Notes: a model not told the origin generated them from the letters alone. A stretch of DNA of 63,932 bases, filler included, from Neolecta irregularis DAH-3 (GCA_001929475.1; 11 parts of 11 records of this genome joined end to end with filler, not necessarily neighbours in it), one strand, 5' to 3'; shown: positions 14,026-26,043, counted from the whole stretch's first letter. Made by a program: numbers and translations.

Positions 14026-14225
14026 GTTGAGAAGAACTGATGTTGAAGGTCACCTTAAAGGATTCTTGCTCAACATCACTCCTCGATGATCCGTGTGTAT
14101 ATGCGTAAACTTCTATAAGATGTTGTATGTATAGAATATAGAAGATCTATGTATTTATGGATTGCATCTGGTTTTTTCCATATGGCTCAAGATATTACTA
14201 CCCAAAACAACTCTCGAACTCTTCG

Positions 14226-14648
14226 ATGCTTCGGTCGCCCTTTCATACGTCTCGTCGATTTAATTCAATTATGGGAACACCTTTGTGGTCCGTAAAATCC
14301 CTTCTACCACCGCATGGCGGGCATCCAGTAGTCCAGAAAGACGAACTTCTCAACGTCCTCAAACTTTCAGCATTACCTCTTCCGAAATCTCCTGAGCACG
14401 ACTTAAAACTACTCCAGGACCTGTCAAATCAGCTTCATTTCGTAAGACATATTCAAAGCGTGGACACTGAAGACGTGGAACCGCTAGTCTGTGTGCGAGA
14501 TGAGGATCAAAAGTCTGTTGATTACGACGAGGCTATGGGACAGCTGGATTTGCCTATCGAAGCACAACACTGGGAAATTTTGAAGCTATCGAAGAGAAAG
14601 AATGGGCGTTTTTTGATGGTTGAGGGTGGGCTAGGTGACCAAAAGTGA
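14226..14648 (+). CDS. Mitochondrial glutamyl-tRNA(Gln) amidotransferase small subunit (GatC/GatF/Gta3-like)
   Basis: Presequence-like MLRSPFHTSRRF followed by WSVKSLLP, LKLSALP and DLSNQLHFVRHIQSVDTEDVEPL. An alternative ATG exists at 14157. Confidence 0.75.
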   Translation: MLRSPFHTSRRFNSIMGTPLWSVKSLLPPHGGHPVVQKDELLNVLKLSALPLPKSPEHDLKLLQDLSNQLHFVRHIQSVDTEDVEPLVCVRDEDQKSVDYDEAMGQLDLPIEAQHWEILKLSKRKNGRFLMVEGGLGDQK

Positions 14649-15689
14649 GGATACAGGAGTATCGCTCAATAGGTGCAAACAGATTTCTAAATACATGCTC
14701 TCTGTCTGGGAAATCATAGGCCCGAAACCCCTTTTCTATTGATGTAAGTTCCTAAGAACTGTGAGGTTGGCAGCAATCTCTTTCAGAAGTCCGATTTGCT
14801 CATTCTCGTCGGCATCGTTTTATCTTCAGCTTACTTTCCTACGAAGTTCGAATTTCTTTTGCCTACAAACCTCCTTCGTTTTTGCCATGTTTGGTCATTG
14901 CTTTTCGGGAAATTTCTAATAATACTTACACATTTCGAATCTAACTTTCACAACGGATGCTTCAGTACTGATCTCTTGCGCTAGTCAGAAAAAAAGTGTT
15001 GGTACTCGGAACAAATATAATAGAGAGAATTTCTCAAACAGCAGGTCGAAAATCAGTGAAAGGAATTTACCACTCGCTACAAAAACATTGGCGATTCGTA
15101 ATTCCGATAAAAGATACTAGAACGCGGGAAATCACTTTAATTTTTGTCAATTCGTTAATATGACGACCAGCTGGACACTGGGATTGCTTGACAGGGCAAA
15201 ATTCTCCAAGGCGTGTAATTCCATTGGAGATTACATTTAGTTGCCAACCAACTTCAGTAGAAATATATGGATCGTGTAGAATAAAATAATTCAGAATGCT
15301 TCAGTAATTGCGAATGTCTTTCAGATTTAGTTTCGACAGTTAAACAGATTCAGTGACTATGAACGATTATGGAAGCTTAATGTAAGGGTATACCCGGATA
15401 TTACCTGGATATACCCATACCAATAAAGTAGGTGGCGGATAAAGAAATAAGAGACATTGGATAGAATGTATATAAAGGCTATTCTCACACCCCTACAAGA
15501 TTAGATTAAGGAAATATAACCTGATCTTATTGTACTCGAGCTCCAACACTTACACTTAGGGAGTAACAACATATTTGATCATGCATGTTGCATGGAATAT
15601 AAATATCAAGCTGATTTAGCATTATAACCCTCCTTTTCCTACGAACACCTAGAATATTCTTCAGACAACCGATTACGCTTGAGATCGCT

Positions 15690-16853
15690 CTAAGCTTTTT
15701 CCAGTAGTTTGAATTGCTCTCTAACATCCCAAAAAGGTGACGAGGGAGTACAATATCGCCTCGACGTTCGAGAAAATATACCGCAACCTTGGATCATCTT
15801 CTTTAAGGACAGAATTGCGATTTTCTTCCATTCTTCTTGGGTTTCAACTTGGTGGCCAATTTCCTCGATTTCGGCCGCAGCATTGTTAAGCAGACTTATA
15901 GCGTACTCTAAACTCTCGTTCAATGTGCAACGGTTCTTGTGCATATGGAGTTTGACGAGATTCATGCTATTGGAATTGAACTCTTTTTCAAACGAGAATA
16001 TATCATTAGAAAATGAGATGAAGCGGTTTCCGAGGAGCCGAGCACGAGAAATCTCTGGAGAATCGTCCAAGTTGAAGTCATAAACAATTGCCATAAGTTC
16101 CTGGCAAGGATAAACACCGCTGGTTTCCATACGCAGGTCAATGTAGTCGGCAATACTGATTGAAGAATTTTGACGAATCATGTTAGTTTCAATCATACTT
16201 GCTTCAGCATAACTTTTGTAAGTTTTTCCGAAATGTTCAACCCAGGCTTCGTCGCGATGAAGGAGTAACCGATCTCTTACAGCAAGAGCATATTTCTGAA
16301 CCTCGGGCCAACGTAAATTCCGCTTTGCAGGAAGCTCTTTCATAAACGTCGTCGCCACACATGAGACAAGAGAGGAGGCTTCTTCCGAAGTCAATAGATG
16401 TTCATCGTCCAGTTTATCATCAACAAACCAAAGTAAATTGAGGAATGATAAAGCAGAAATCATAGTTTGTACTGAAGCTTGAGGATAGAAGAGAAGCGCT
16501 GCGGGGCAAAAAGCTTGAAAGGCTGCAACAGACCTTTTGTCATTCAGGTCGAGAATGCCGGCTGTGGTTGCCATCTCACGAACAGCACCAATGACTTCCT
16601 TGTCGAAAGAGGCTTCCCGTTTGTATATGCAGTCGTCGAAAAATTTGTCGTGGATGGTGGATAGGAAGGTGAGGGGAGCTCTGCGGGATCCATTCCAACG
16701 AGGTTTCGTTATGTGTATCTTTTCTAAAACCTGTCTACCGTCGATATCTTTGATATAATAATCATCGTATTGCTGACGGTGATTAACAAATATCCGAGCG
16801 AAAACCGAGAGTATTGTACTGAAGGTATACTGCAAAAAAGACCAGTTGAACAT
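15690..16853 (-). CDS. Class I terpene synthase/cyclase (microbial type), copy A, intronless
   Basis: 387-aa ORF with the Asp-rich motif WFVDDKLDD, sensor arginine LRMETSG, NSE motif NDIFSFEKE and a C-terminal RY pair. Confidence 0.92.
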   Translation of the reverse strand: MFNWSFLQYTFSTILSVFARIFVNHRQQYDDYYIKDIDGRQVLEKIHITKPRWNGSRRAPLTFLSTIHDKFFDDCIYKREASFDKEVIGAVREMATTAGILDLNDKRSVAAFQAFCPAALLFYPQASVQTMISALSFLNLLWFVDDKLDDEHLLTSEEASSLVSCVATTFMKELPAKRNLRWPEVQKYALAVRDRLLLHRDEAWVEHFGKTYKSYAEASMIETNMIRQNSSISIADYIDLRMETSGVYPCQELMAIVYDFNLDDSPEISRARLLGNRFISFSNDIFSFEKEFNSNSMNLVKLHMHKNRCTLNESLEYAISLLNNAAAEIEEIGHQVETQEEWKKIAILSLKKMIQGCGIFSRTSRRYCTPSSPFWDVREQFKLLEKA

Positions 16854-17921
16854 ATCTCCTTTGACAATTCTTAGCGATCATCATGCCTTTATAGAGATAG
16901 AGCGCCCGCCGGCGATACGGCTGTGGATCAAATTTATGACGCCATAGAGTTCAATTTTCACAGTGGCCTCCGGGTGACATCTGGGAAGCCTTGCCGTAAG
17001 GGCTTGAGATGTGGCATATTATCGCAACTGCCCAGCTGCCTCGCCAGGGGCAAAAGGACTCCGATTAGAGAACTACACGATCCTTGTAACTTTAGCGCTC
17101 GTGACGGAGAGCTTCCGAACTATGGGATTTCAATGGGGTGCTTTCCGCTATGAATGATATATTGAACCTCTGGTCCGATATGCAAAAGTATAGAATTGTG
17201 AACATGATTATGATTATGATGTATCAGTATCCACTGTGATGCCATCTGGCCGTAGTCAATACGACAAAACATTGCACTTGATGTGCATTGTAAGGGAGAT
17301 TGGCAACATGTGTACGTTGATTCGACGCCAAGCTCTAAGCATTCCTATCGGTCTGCGGAGATAGTAATTTTTAGCGTAAATGCGATCTAAAGCAGTTCTT
17401 GATTTGGAGAAATATCGGTTGCCGAAGATATTTGTCCGATTTCAGAAGGCTTTCAAAATTGCCCTGCCATGTTTTCAAATCGTATTCGCTTATTGTATTA
17501 AATACAAAGAACGAACATCTAGTGGAGAAACGAAATGATTGAAAGAGCACTGCCAAGAGCGACGTCGTGCATAGAGGGAACCCCCTTAAGCCGCTTAGCC
17601 GACACAATTTATTGTCTTCAGGTTGACGACGCATGTGACTTAAAACATGAATCAGGGCGCTGTTGTTAAAAAAATTAAAGTTTTCCAGACAAATAAAATC
17701 AGAAAAAGATTCTAGATAATAAAAAGAGCGTCTAAATTAATGATAATATACAAAATCTCACAATCATTACATATCTCATATCATACCATAAATACTGCTA
17801 TATAGGAAAAGAAGACCTATCAATCGGATGAATTCCAAACATCAAGCTTTTTTAAAAAAGCTCAACGAAGACTGATTGTGAAACGTGACAACTTCACAAT
17901 TCCTTCCCAACCTTCTGAAAT

Positions 17922-19094
17922 CTATGATAGCCTTTGCGAAATTTTGAGATATTGTTCTCTTAAATCAATAAATGGTGAAGAAGGACGACAATATCGTTTC
18001 GAATTTCGGGAGAAGATCGCGTTTCCTTGAATCATAAATTTCAGGCCAATCAGACAATCTTCGCTAAAATCTGAAGTACCTCGTACTTTTTTTTCGATTG
18101 AAAGTAGCTCCGCTATGTCTTTATTCAAAAGCTCAACGCAATATTCCAACGTCTGATCGAGCGTTGTTTTGTAGTGATGCATGATAAGTTTGACCAAATT
18201 CATGCTATTGGAATTAAATTCCTTTTCGAACGAAAATATATCATTTGAGAATGATATTATTCGATTATTGAGATGTCTTGCGCGCTTAGCCAAGGGTGTA
18301 TCAGGCATGTCGAAACCATAAATCATTGCCAAAAGCTCCTGGCAAGGGTAAACCGCACTTGTCAACATGCGAAGGTCTTGATACTGATCGACATTTATCT
18401 TCTTTCGTTGACGATTCATATTTGTTTCTTTTAAACTCGCGAAGGCATAATTGCGATAACTTTGTCCAAATCTAGCCACCCACTCGGCACTCATATGCAT
18501 TAATAGACGACCTCGAACAGCTAATGCGTATGACTCTATTTTTGGCCAATTGGTGCACGGGTTCGAAGGTCTGGCCTGGAAAATGAATGTATTTGCGACA
18601 CATGACACAAGTGAAACGGCTTCCCCCGTTGTCAAGAAGTATTTATCGTCTAGTATATCGTCCACAAACCAGAGGAGATTGATGAACGAGAGTGCCGATA
18701 CCATCTTATCGGCAGACGCATTTGGATAGAAAAGTAATCCAGCGGGACAGAATGCTTTGAAAGCAGCTACCTGACGAGAGTTTTCCAAATCGAGAATGCC
18801 TGAATTAACCGCGATGTTTCTGACTTGTGAAATAACTTGGTCGTCGTAAGCCTGAGTCCTATCAAACAACGAATCTGCGAAAAACGAGTCGTTGATATCC
18901 TTGAAAAATGTCAAGGGCGGGCGGATTGGGACACTCCGCGAAGTATCCATGTGTCGTACCGATTCGACAGCCTTGAGGACGGCTTTCCCGTCGACAATCG
19001 ATATAACATAATCTCGATATTCCAATGACTTTCTGGGGAGCGAATGTCTAGATTTATTGTAAGGTCTGGCAATTTTTGATTGTGGAAATAGCAT
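17922..19094 (-). CDS. Class I terpene synthase/cyclase (microbial type), copy B, intronless
   Basis: 390-aa ORF with WFVDDILDD, LRMLTSA, NDIFSFEKE and SKRY. Colinear paralog of copy A (shared SFSNDIFSFEKEFNSNSMNLVKL). Confidence 0.92.
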   Translation of the reverse strand: MLFPQSKIARPYNKSRHSLPRKSLEYRDYVISIVDGKAVLKAVESVRHMDTSRSVPIRPPLTFFKDINDSFFADSLFDRTQAYDDQVISQVRNIAVNSGILDLENSRQVAAFKAFCPAGLLFYPNASADKMVSALSFINLLWFVDDILDDKYFLTTGEAVSLVSCVANTFIFQARPSNPCTNWPKIESYALAVRGRLLMHMSAEWVARFGQSYRNYAFASLKETNMNRQRKKINVDQYQDLRMLTSAVYPCQELLAMIYGFDMPDTPLAKRARHLNNRIISFSNDIFSFEKEFNSNSMNLVKLIMHHYKTTLDQTLEYCVELLNKDIAELLSIEKKVRGTSDFSEDCLIGLKFMIQGNAIFSRNSKRYCRPSSPFIDLREQYLKISQRLS

Positions 19095-20470
19095 ACCAGT
19101 ACCTGGTTCTTTGGGGAGCCGTTGAGTTGCCTTTTTAAAACCATGTCTAAGGGGCTACGGAGCTTGCACTGACAATCATCATTAAGTGATCCGGCCCATA
19201 GATCAAATGAATCAAGTAAGCAAAAGATCGAGCGTCCAGGATGCTGGTCATAATTGCTAGAGATTCAAGCATTCTACTGAGTTGCTAAATCAAATTTGAA
19301 GGAGGAGCGAGGCAGGATTTAGGTAAGAGATACAAAAATTAGAAGAGTGATTCTTGCTATCTAAAAGGCTGTGACTCAAGCCCATCTGTATCGAGAAAAA
19401 AAGAAAAGGTCCATCACCTTTTCGCCTCGGAAGGTGGCTGGACAAAGAAATGCAAAACACAGAAGCGATCTAGTAAAGGAAGAACATGGAAGGTTGACAT
19501 GTGGTTAATAATCGCCATCGGATGACAAAATAGGCCCAAGAAAGTACAAAAATTAAACAAAATTTGCAGAACAAGGCCGTTTATCAAAATTTCCAGGGAG
19601 CAATCGTATTAGAGGTTGTTTAGCGGAGTTTTTGAGTACTGTCTAACTAGTCAGAGAATGACTGAACGAGCCTCTGCAATTCTCGTATTTTTAAAAATCG
19701 TACAAAGGCAAAGCAAAGTTTTTTCCACTGCCATTTCTTCAAGTTCCAAGTGGACCCTTTCGTATAATTTCAAAAAGAGAAATTTGAATGATTACACATG
19801 GTGATATCGAATTGTAATTTTGAGTGGTAGGTTATTCATACCAGACCACTAATTATGCGTGGACTGTTGGATCCTGATTCATGTTTAAACAGCTCTAAAG
19901 GATAATGCCGTTGGGGTACCGAATTTTTATTATTAAATTTATTATTTTGTCCGTTGGATATTCACATGGACTGTTTGTCGATCTAAGGGGACAAGAGAAA
20001 GTTGTTGAGACTACTTTGTCTTTACAAAAAAGGCCCTGTAATGATGTTCTGCAAACATGGCATGTTCTGGTTCATTCAATCAATGGGACGGCAGTGAAAT
20101 AGAAAAAAAGATTAAAGGAAGGGGTAAGGAGGCTAGGGGAGGAGCTAGTAAGGAGGAATGGAAGCTAGTTGTAAGGATATACCGTCCGGTATATAAGCGG
20201 AATGTTAGACATATCTACTCAAGCACGTGTACTTAAGCTAGTTATATTACTTGGTGGTATCGTACTTCATTAGAGTGCAGCTTACACAAATGTCCCAATC
20301 TAACAGGATGGAAAAGAAAAAGGATCTGTATTCTGATACATTCCCAAGTAGTTTCCTTCAAGATCTTCATAAAATACGTGGTACAGTGAGGATAGAAAAG
20401 GGGATAAATTGAAAATCCTCATGTAGATAGGCACCTTTTGTACGAGGGAGACGTCATCCTTTACTCATCC

Positions 20471-20662
20471 ATGTTTCAACTGAAAATAATCATCGAAAAT
20501 CCATCGTCATCCTCTGAGATTTTCACAAGAGATATCGCTGAACCCACAGACGAAGGAATTAGTTCGCGGAAAGAGTATTTGGGGACGTTGCTGGAGAAAG
20601 TAAATGAATTGAGAGATCAAGTCAACTCTTCATTAACGACACAAATGTCGGAATCGAAACAG
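20471..20662 (+). CDS. GON7: EKC/KEOPS complex subunit Gon7/Pcc2-like, truncated by an assembly gap
   Basis: KEYLGTLLEKVNELRDQVNSSLTTQM matches the Gon7 core pattern YL..L...V..LQD.IN..LT..M. Confidence 0.65.
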
Positions 20663-20673
20663 NNNNNNNNNNC

Positions 20674-20822
20674 AATGATGAAGCTACTTTCTGCATGCTG
20701 GACAAATGTACGAACGGAGATTTTCTCATCTTACACTTAGCCAAATCGGCATTCGGAAATTTGACTAATACTGTGGGAGCCAGTCAGATCTATTCTTCCC
20801 AAGAAGGCCCTTCGTTGCCTCC
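20674..20822 (+). repeat. Near-identical copy of positions 68-216 (MMS22 exon) appended after a 10-N gap
   Basis: 149-nt match with three substitutions. Confidence 0.9.
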
Positions 20823-20922
20823 NNNNNNNNNNNNNNNNNNNNNNNNNNNNNNNNNNNNNNNNNNNNTTAATTAATTAANNNNNNNNNNNNNNNNNNNNNN
20901 NNNNNNNNNNNNNNNNNNNNNN
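20823..20922. other. Artificial contig spacer N44-TTAATTAATTAA-N44 (also at 27039, 28641, 31027, 33069, 45921, 51785, 54547, 61499, 62717)
   Basis: Ten identical 100-nt spacers, each carrying stop codons in all six frames. Confidence 0.99.
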
Positions 20923-20933
20923 TTTTTTAACAG

Positions 20934-21446
20934 GATTTACGAAAGAACTTTTCAGCTCCCGAAACTGTGTTTGAATTGGTAATCTTTCTCAGAAAGAGGG
21001 AGCATGTGTAGGACTATCCGAATCGGATGACTCATTTCAACGAATCTTTTGCCACGATCGAAGCGAGATTGAGCATCCTAATACAACATACTCTTTGAGA
21101 GTGGAATTTTGCGGAATATATCGCTAAACTGGTTCTAAAGACCCGGGACTACGATTAAATATCATAAAAGATAAGAGACCGAGATATAAGAGGATATTAG
21201 CTACGAAGGGACGGTCGAGTATATTTCCGAAGAAAGAATTACAAGCGAATTGCGATGCCCCTGGTGAGGCAATATTCTTCTCGTAGAAAAGATCAGCAGT
21301 CAGGTGCTTTCATAATGGTTGGTGATACATTAATAGAAGAGTGTTCGCGCCGTGCACTCGGTTATATTACGATGCCTCGATGGAAAACTTACCGAACTTG
21401 TTTGCTGATACGAAAAATGTATATCTCAAAGGGCGAGCACCAATGA
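20934..21446 (+). CDS. Possible 3' part of an unknown multi-exon gene
   Basis: Several GT..AG intron-like segments separate open frames (for example DPGLRLNIIKDKRPRY...CDAP/GAFIMVGDTLIEECSRR). No homology recognised. Confidence 0.3.
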
Positions 21447-21743
21447 TTCTGCAGGAGGTTGCATCAGAAGTAACGTTTCCTGGATGATTATCAGGAGGAC
21501 AGTCAGTAGAGCAAAGTCTTTTGGTTAGTTAATTGACTGAAGCTCTAGCGACTCTTGGGCTGCTCTCAGTCAGAAATCTCATGTCTCGGCTTATACGGAT
21601 TGTGATACAGAATGATGCAAAAAGAAGTTTTGTTCGTTTTGCAAGCATAATTCGAGAGCGTGTTTACGAAGGCAATCGGTCAAGCAGCCAAGCCAAAAAG
21701 TTCATTGACAATAAGAGCAAGTGGCGCCTCGACCTAGAAATCA

Positions 21744-21831
21744 TCCGTCGTAGTACAGTGGCTAGTATACTTCGCTCTCATACCAAGGCTGTTGTCCCGA
21801 AGAGACCCGGGTTCAATTCCCGGCGACGGAA
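21744..21831 (+). tRNA. tRNA-Glu(CTC) with a 16-nt intron (21781-21796)
   Basis: Acceptor stem TCCGTCG/CGACGGA, anticodon stem CTTCG/CGAAG, CTC at 21777-21779, intron after base 37, T-arm CCGGG-TTCAATT-CCCGG. Confidence 0.95.
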
Positions 21832-22367
21832 ATATTATTCAGTTCTTCCAGAACTGTACTTCCACGTCCTTCGAATGTTTTGTTTTTGCTGTAGATTCGT
21901 TGTACGATTGAGCAGGTAGACTGAGTATAGATTCAAACTTGTGGACATTCCATATTATTTATTGTACATTCGATATTGTCGCTGCGATAGAGCTAAGCAA
22001 CAGATATGTGATACCGCATAAAAGATAAAGCGAGAGATGACTCAGAGTCAAAATTTGTGTTAGAGAAATCTATCTAAATGTTCAATGAAGTTGTATGGCC
22101 TTAACGCATTCACTTTATGATTTGCGCTGCTTCACGCAATGGTGACTTCCCAAAGAAATAATTCGAAACTCTAAATTTGAATTCCTATTTTTGAAAACGA
22201 CTTGTCGTTGACAAGCTATTACTCCCAAGGGAATCGAGTTAGCCAGACGAAACAAGTGGGATAAAAATGGGTTGGATTGTAATTATAGGGCCACAGTGAT
22301 ATAAAGAATGGGATATATTGTTATTAATGGAGACAATAAGATATGCAAGCTCCATCTCTGACATCAC

Positions 22368-23377
22368 TCAGGGATAGGCGAGTTTCTGGAGGATATCGTA
22401 TACGCTGTCGCATGTTCCGCATTGTTGGTTTATACTTAATGCATACGATTTCACCGACTGTACAGACGCTTGGAAGTAGGCAAGCAGAGTTGGATAACCA
22501 GCAATGCTGATGTTAGCGTCAAGGGAAGCTTTGAATTGACGACTGGGGTCCGTGAGTTGACTCAATGATGTTGCGAGGTCATAACCCAAACCTAGAGATT
22601 TAGAAAAATTTGATGAAAGATAACTGACTAATTCCCTGAAAGAAGGAAAGAAGAAAGTAGTGAAATTGGGCAGCATGGAATTGACACCCGACAACTTGAG
22701 GCAAGGCAGGAACAGCGAGAGGTATTTTTTCCTATTATGTCAGCGATGAAAGGTTGAACAATGGTACAATTAGGGTGTCACCCACAAGAGGTTGTTTTGA
22801 CTGCTGTTGCGTCAGTGATGGAGCGAAGATTGGATAGTGATACATTTGGGATTCCGATAGTCCCAACCGCTTGTTGACTTTGTGGCAAACTGGCCAGCTG
22901 TTTAGAGGCAAGATTTTCCTGCGTCGAAGATTTTTGCACAACAGAAGACAGACTGCTTGGCGTCTTCGTACTAGTTGGGTTGAGCTGTAGTTGTGCTTTC
23001 GGTGGTGGACTGACAATCGAAACTGCCTTATCTGGATTTTCCTTCGTTTTTGAAGACGAGGGGAACGTTGCCAAAGGTTGACCGGCGGCTGAAGCTGAAG
23101 GCAGTTTTGACGTCGTGGTCACGGGAAGGCTCTTTACTGTGGGAGGTAATGAAGCTGAAGACGGTTTTGCTAATGGAATGGACACGGGAGTGCTCGGTTC
23201 GTTCGTCTTCAAGGAGCCCGTATCAGCAATATCATCGTCAAAAGATTCCAAGTCAAAGTCATCATTATCAGCTGGCAAGGCGAGAGCTATTGTCAAGCAA
23301 TGGGTAAAGAAAGGCATACTCGACGTGAAGATGGAGAATAAAGCAAAGAGAGCCGCAGAAGTGGTAGAAAGTTTCAT
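22368..23377 (-). CDS. Secreted protein with an S/T/P-rich linker and a Cys-containing helical C-terminal domain, 3 exons
   Basis: Signal peptide MKLSTTSAALFALFSIFT. Two GT-AG introns join ORFs 22778-23377 and 22368-22694 in frame (TTSCG/KKYLSLFLPC...QQCGTC). Confidence 0.7.
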
Positions 23378-25104
23378 TGCAACGATCCAACGGTAGGGGA
23401 AAGAGAGGAATTGTCGTCCCCTTTATAGAAAAACGGTCTGGAGGCATTGGTGGGTATATTTTTGTCGCTCCGAGTCTAAGGAGAGAAACTCGGGAGGTGT
23501 GTGATCCGATGGGGTGGGCGGGGTGGAACGCTTGGATTCATTGTCAAGTGCGAATTATTTTTATATTCACACGCAATGCAAGCAGGAATGGTGGAGGTGA
23601 CGTCAGTAGTGCGGAAAATAACTTGGAGTAGAGTGCGGCCATTATTTTCCAGCAAGGCTACGGACAATCCCCTCCACCCAGTACAGGCGTGACTCTGCTG
23701 TTCAATTGCGGGCAGGCAATGCAAAATCAATGCGATGAGCGGTAAACTGTGAAGATTGACCTAGACATTAGTGAATCTAGTGGGCTCGCTCTACACGCCC
23801 AGTCATCACGATTACGACCAAGAAAAACAATACCCGAAAATAGCCCAACCAGTGAAACAATGCTCGCCTGAGTTCAGCTAAACCCTAAAAGCCCATAATA
23901 CCCTGTACTGCTTCTATTAAGAATTGCCTGTAAACCGAGAATAACATCTAGAAAAACAGGCAGCCCTTGAATCTAACATTAGCAAATCCGCATTTTGTCA
24001 CAAGATATCTATTGCCTGAAAAATGCGTCAAGGTCTTGGACGATATCAAGGATAAAACTTCCACTAAAACGAGAGATCTAGCTATTGATCTCGGACTGTT
24101 TTATTGTTGCCACAAGTCAATACCCTCCAAACACACACAGTCGGCCCTGTTTCGGAAATAAAACAAGCCATACCAACGAGAGCGTTGCTACTATGACTAG
24201 AAAAGGCATCCAATGGTGATACACGCCGGCAGGAAGGATAATTCTAGATTTATATATAGCTATCCGCTGCGCTAGCGGGACAGGTTTTCATCGAATTTCG
24301 AACAGTAAGCGGCACTTTACCATGCTCCCAACTAAAGTCTGAGTGAGTATTACACTCGCAAAGCCTACTACTCATACCGCCCTGATGTATGAATGGTTCG
24401 TTTTTGTGAGCGTTGGGTGTCCGGACCTACCGCTCAGGAGGCTTAGATTGAAGAATACGATGGTAGACCCTTTGATACAGGCAACTACGGATAGTATTGC
24501 TTCTGTTCCTGCCTGATCGCTAATCAATCTAGGCGCTACTTATCTACTATAAAGAATGGGCGATGCGCCTCCTCTGACTCCGGTGCCTCTCCCTCAGATA
24601 CCTTGGGTGGCAACGCTTTGACAGTCCCACTTTGCTTGTGGCACCGCCTGCCATCGTCGGTCCCCTTTGTCTGGAGTCTCGATCCCCGGGTCCTAACCCG
24701 ATGGGAGAGCCTTGGTGGTTTTGGCTGGGGTTTGGGGCACTATTGAGTCCTCACAGTTTTCTAGGATGATATACTTGGTCTGGCGATATTCATACTTGTC
24801 ATGTATTCAAATTGCAGATGGATAATAGCTGTCTAGGCAAAGCAAAATGGATTCGACTTTGGTATTCTTAGCTACTCCACTCCGCTCTATTGTGAAAAAA
24901 ACAATGGCGGAAAAGGCTTCACTGAAAGAAAAGCGGATAAAAACCAAAAACTCCTTATTTGAATATTACCATTTAACTCTCCTCCAGTAAGCTGGGAAAT
25001 GCTAGTCGGCTTACTTATTTTCATAAGACAAAACTGTCATTTCGTGAAACTTATTCGACCATATCGCAAAATTCATTTTCTTTCTAGTATACCAACGATT
25101 AAAC

Positions 25105-26043
25105 TCAACATCTCCATGGATCACGCCTTCCAGTTCTTCTGCCCAGTCTCTTCATATCGGCTACAGTATACTGTGAAACGATTTCGGGTGCAAACTCCTT
25201 CTCCGGCGATGGTAACCGTATCTCATCAATTGTGAGTTCTCTGGTAACTTCCGAAGAATCATCATCCAAACAGCTGGTAGAAGTTGATAATCGACGTTTT
25301 CTACGAATTAAATCTTGCTTTGCTTGAGCGTTCATTTTGTCAAAAATTGACATCGCCGCGGGCATTGACTGTGAGCATGACGAAGGAGTGCAAGTACCGA
25401 TATCCTCAATGCTCACCCGATGATAGGGTATTGACCGAGGAACAGATACATGCTGATGATGGCATCTTTGGTTTGGTGTGCTGTGAAGCGTAGACTTCGA
25501 TGAAGGTGTTGTCAATGTCAAATTGGAAGGCCTATGAGCAAATGATGATTGACAATTGCAAGAGCAAGACAAATTCCCAGTTGACGGAAGGTTTGACGAT
25601 AGGTTCTTCGGGCGCGGAATACGCGAAGGGAGGGATTTAGTTCTGGTGAGAGAGCCAGAATTCGAAAGAGGCAAGGTAGAGATACAGTTTCCTGCGATAG
25701 TTTGCAATGAATAATTCATTTTAGGGCTTCGAGAACTGAAGGAAATGTATCGTCCACCGCTTGGAGACCGTTTGTAAGTCATAGTGTTTCCACCATCTTG
25801 CGTTGTTGGGCTTTTCATAAACGGAGATACGTTTAGCGGAGAGAGACAACTTCGAGCGTGCTTACTAAGAAGGAAAGAACCAAACTGAGGGGAAATAGGA
25901 GAAGAAGAAACGGCATATGGTGAAACACAATGACTCCATCTATGCTGCTTTTGGATCTGTGAATCACTGTTTCTGCAAGAACGATGATGATGAACACATG
26001 GTGACTTTACAGGAGAAATACAAGCAGGTGAGTTAGAATGCAT
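25105..26043 (-). CDS. Hypothetical Ser/His/Cys-rich disordered protein
   Basis: 312-codon ORF with the basic cluster RRKRR and C-terminal MKRLGRRTGRRDPW. The upstream ORF 26033-26344 may belong to the same locus, but no in-frame splice was found. Confidence 0.55.
   Translation of the reverse strand: MHSNSPACISPVKSPCVHHHRSCRNSDSQIQKQHRWSHCVSPYAVSSSPISPQFGSFLLSKHARSCLSPLNVSPFMKSPTTQDGGNTMTYKRSPSGGRYISFSSRSPKMNYSLQTIAGNCISTLPLSNSGSLTRTKSLPSRIPRPKNLSSNLPSTGNLSCSCNCQSSFAHRPSNLTLTTPSSKSTLHSTPNQRCHHQHVSVPRSIPYHRVSIEDIGTCTPSSCSQSMPAAMSIFDKMNAQAKQDLIRRKRRLSTSTSCLDDDSSEVTRELTIDEIRLPSPEKEFAPEIVSQYTVADMKRLGRRTGRRDPWRC

Noticed and set aside
14226..20662. Terpene biosynthetic gene cluster
   Set aside because: The flanking genes are housekeeping (amidotransferase subunit, GON7); no tailoring enzymes, transporter or regulator are present.
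1..20822. First contig appears terminally redundant, suggesting a circular element
   Set aside because: The repeat is an MMS22 exon piece with SNPs after a 10-N gap, the same pattern as the other four gaps, and the contig carries ordinary nuclear genes.
20868..20878. TTAATTAATTAA palindrome repeated ten times
   Set aside because: Always centred in N runs; an artificial contig separator. Genes on either side are not neighbours.
21533..21919. 128-aa ORF
   Set aside because: Non-ATG start, and it spans the tRNA-Glu gene.
23878..23890. CTAAACCCTAAAA as a telomerase RNA template or telomere seed
   Set aside because: A single short match with no supporting structure; expected by chance.
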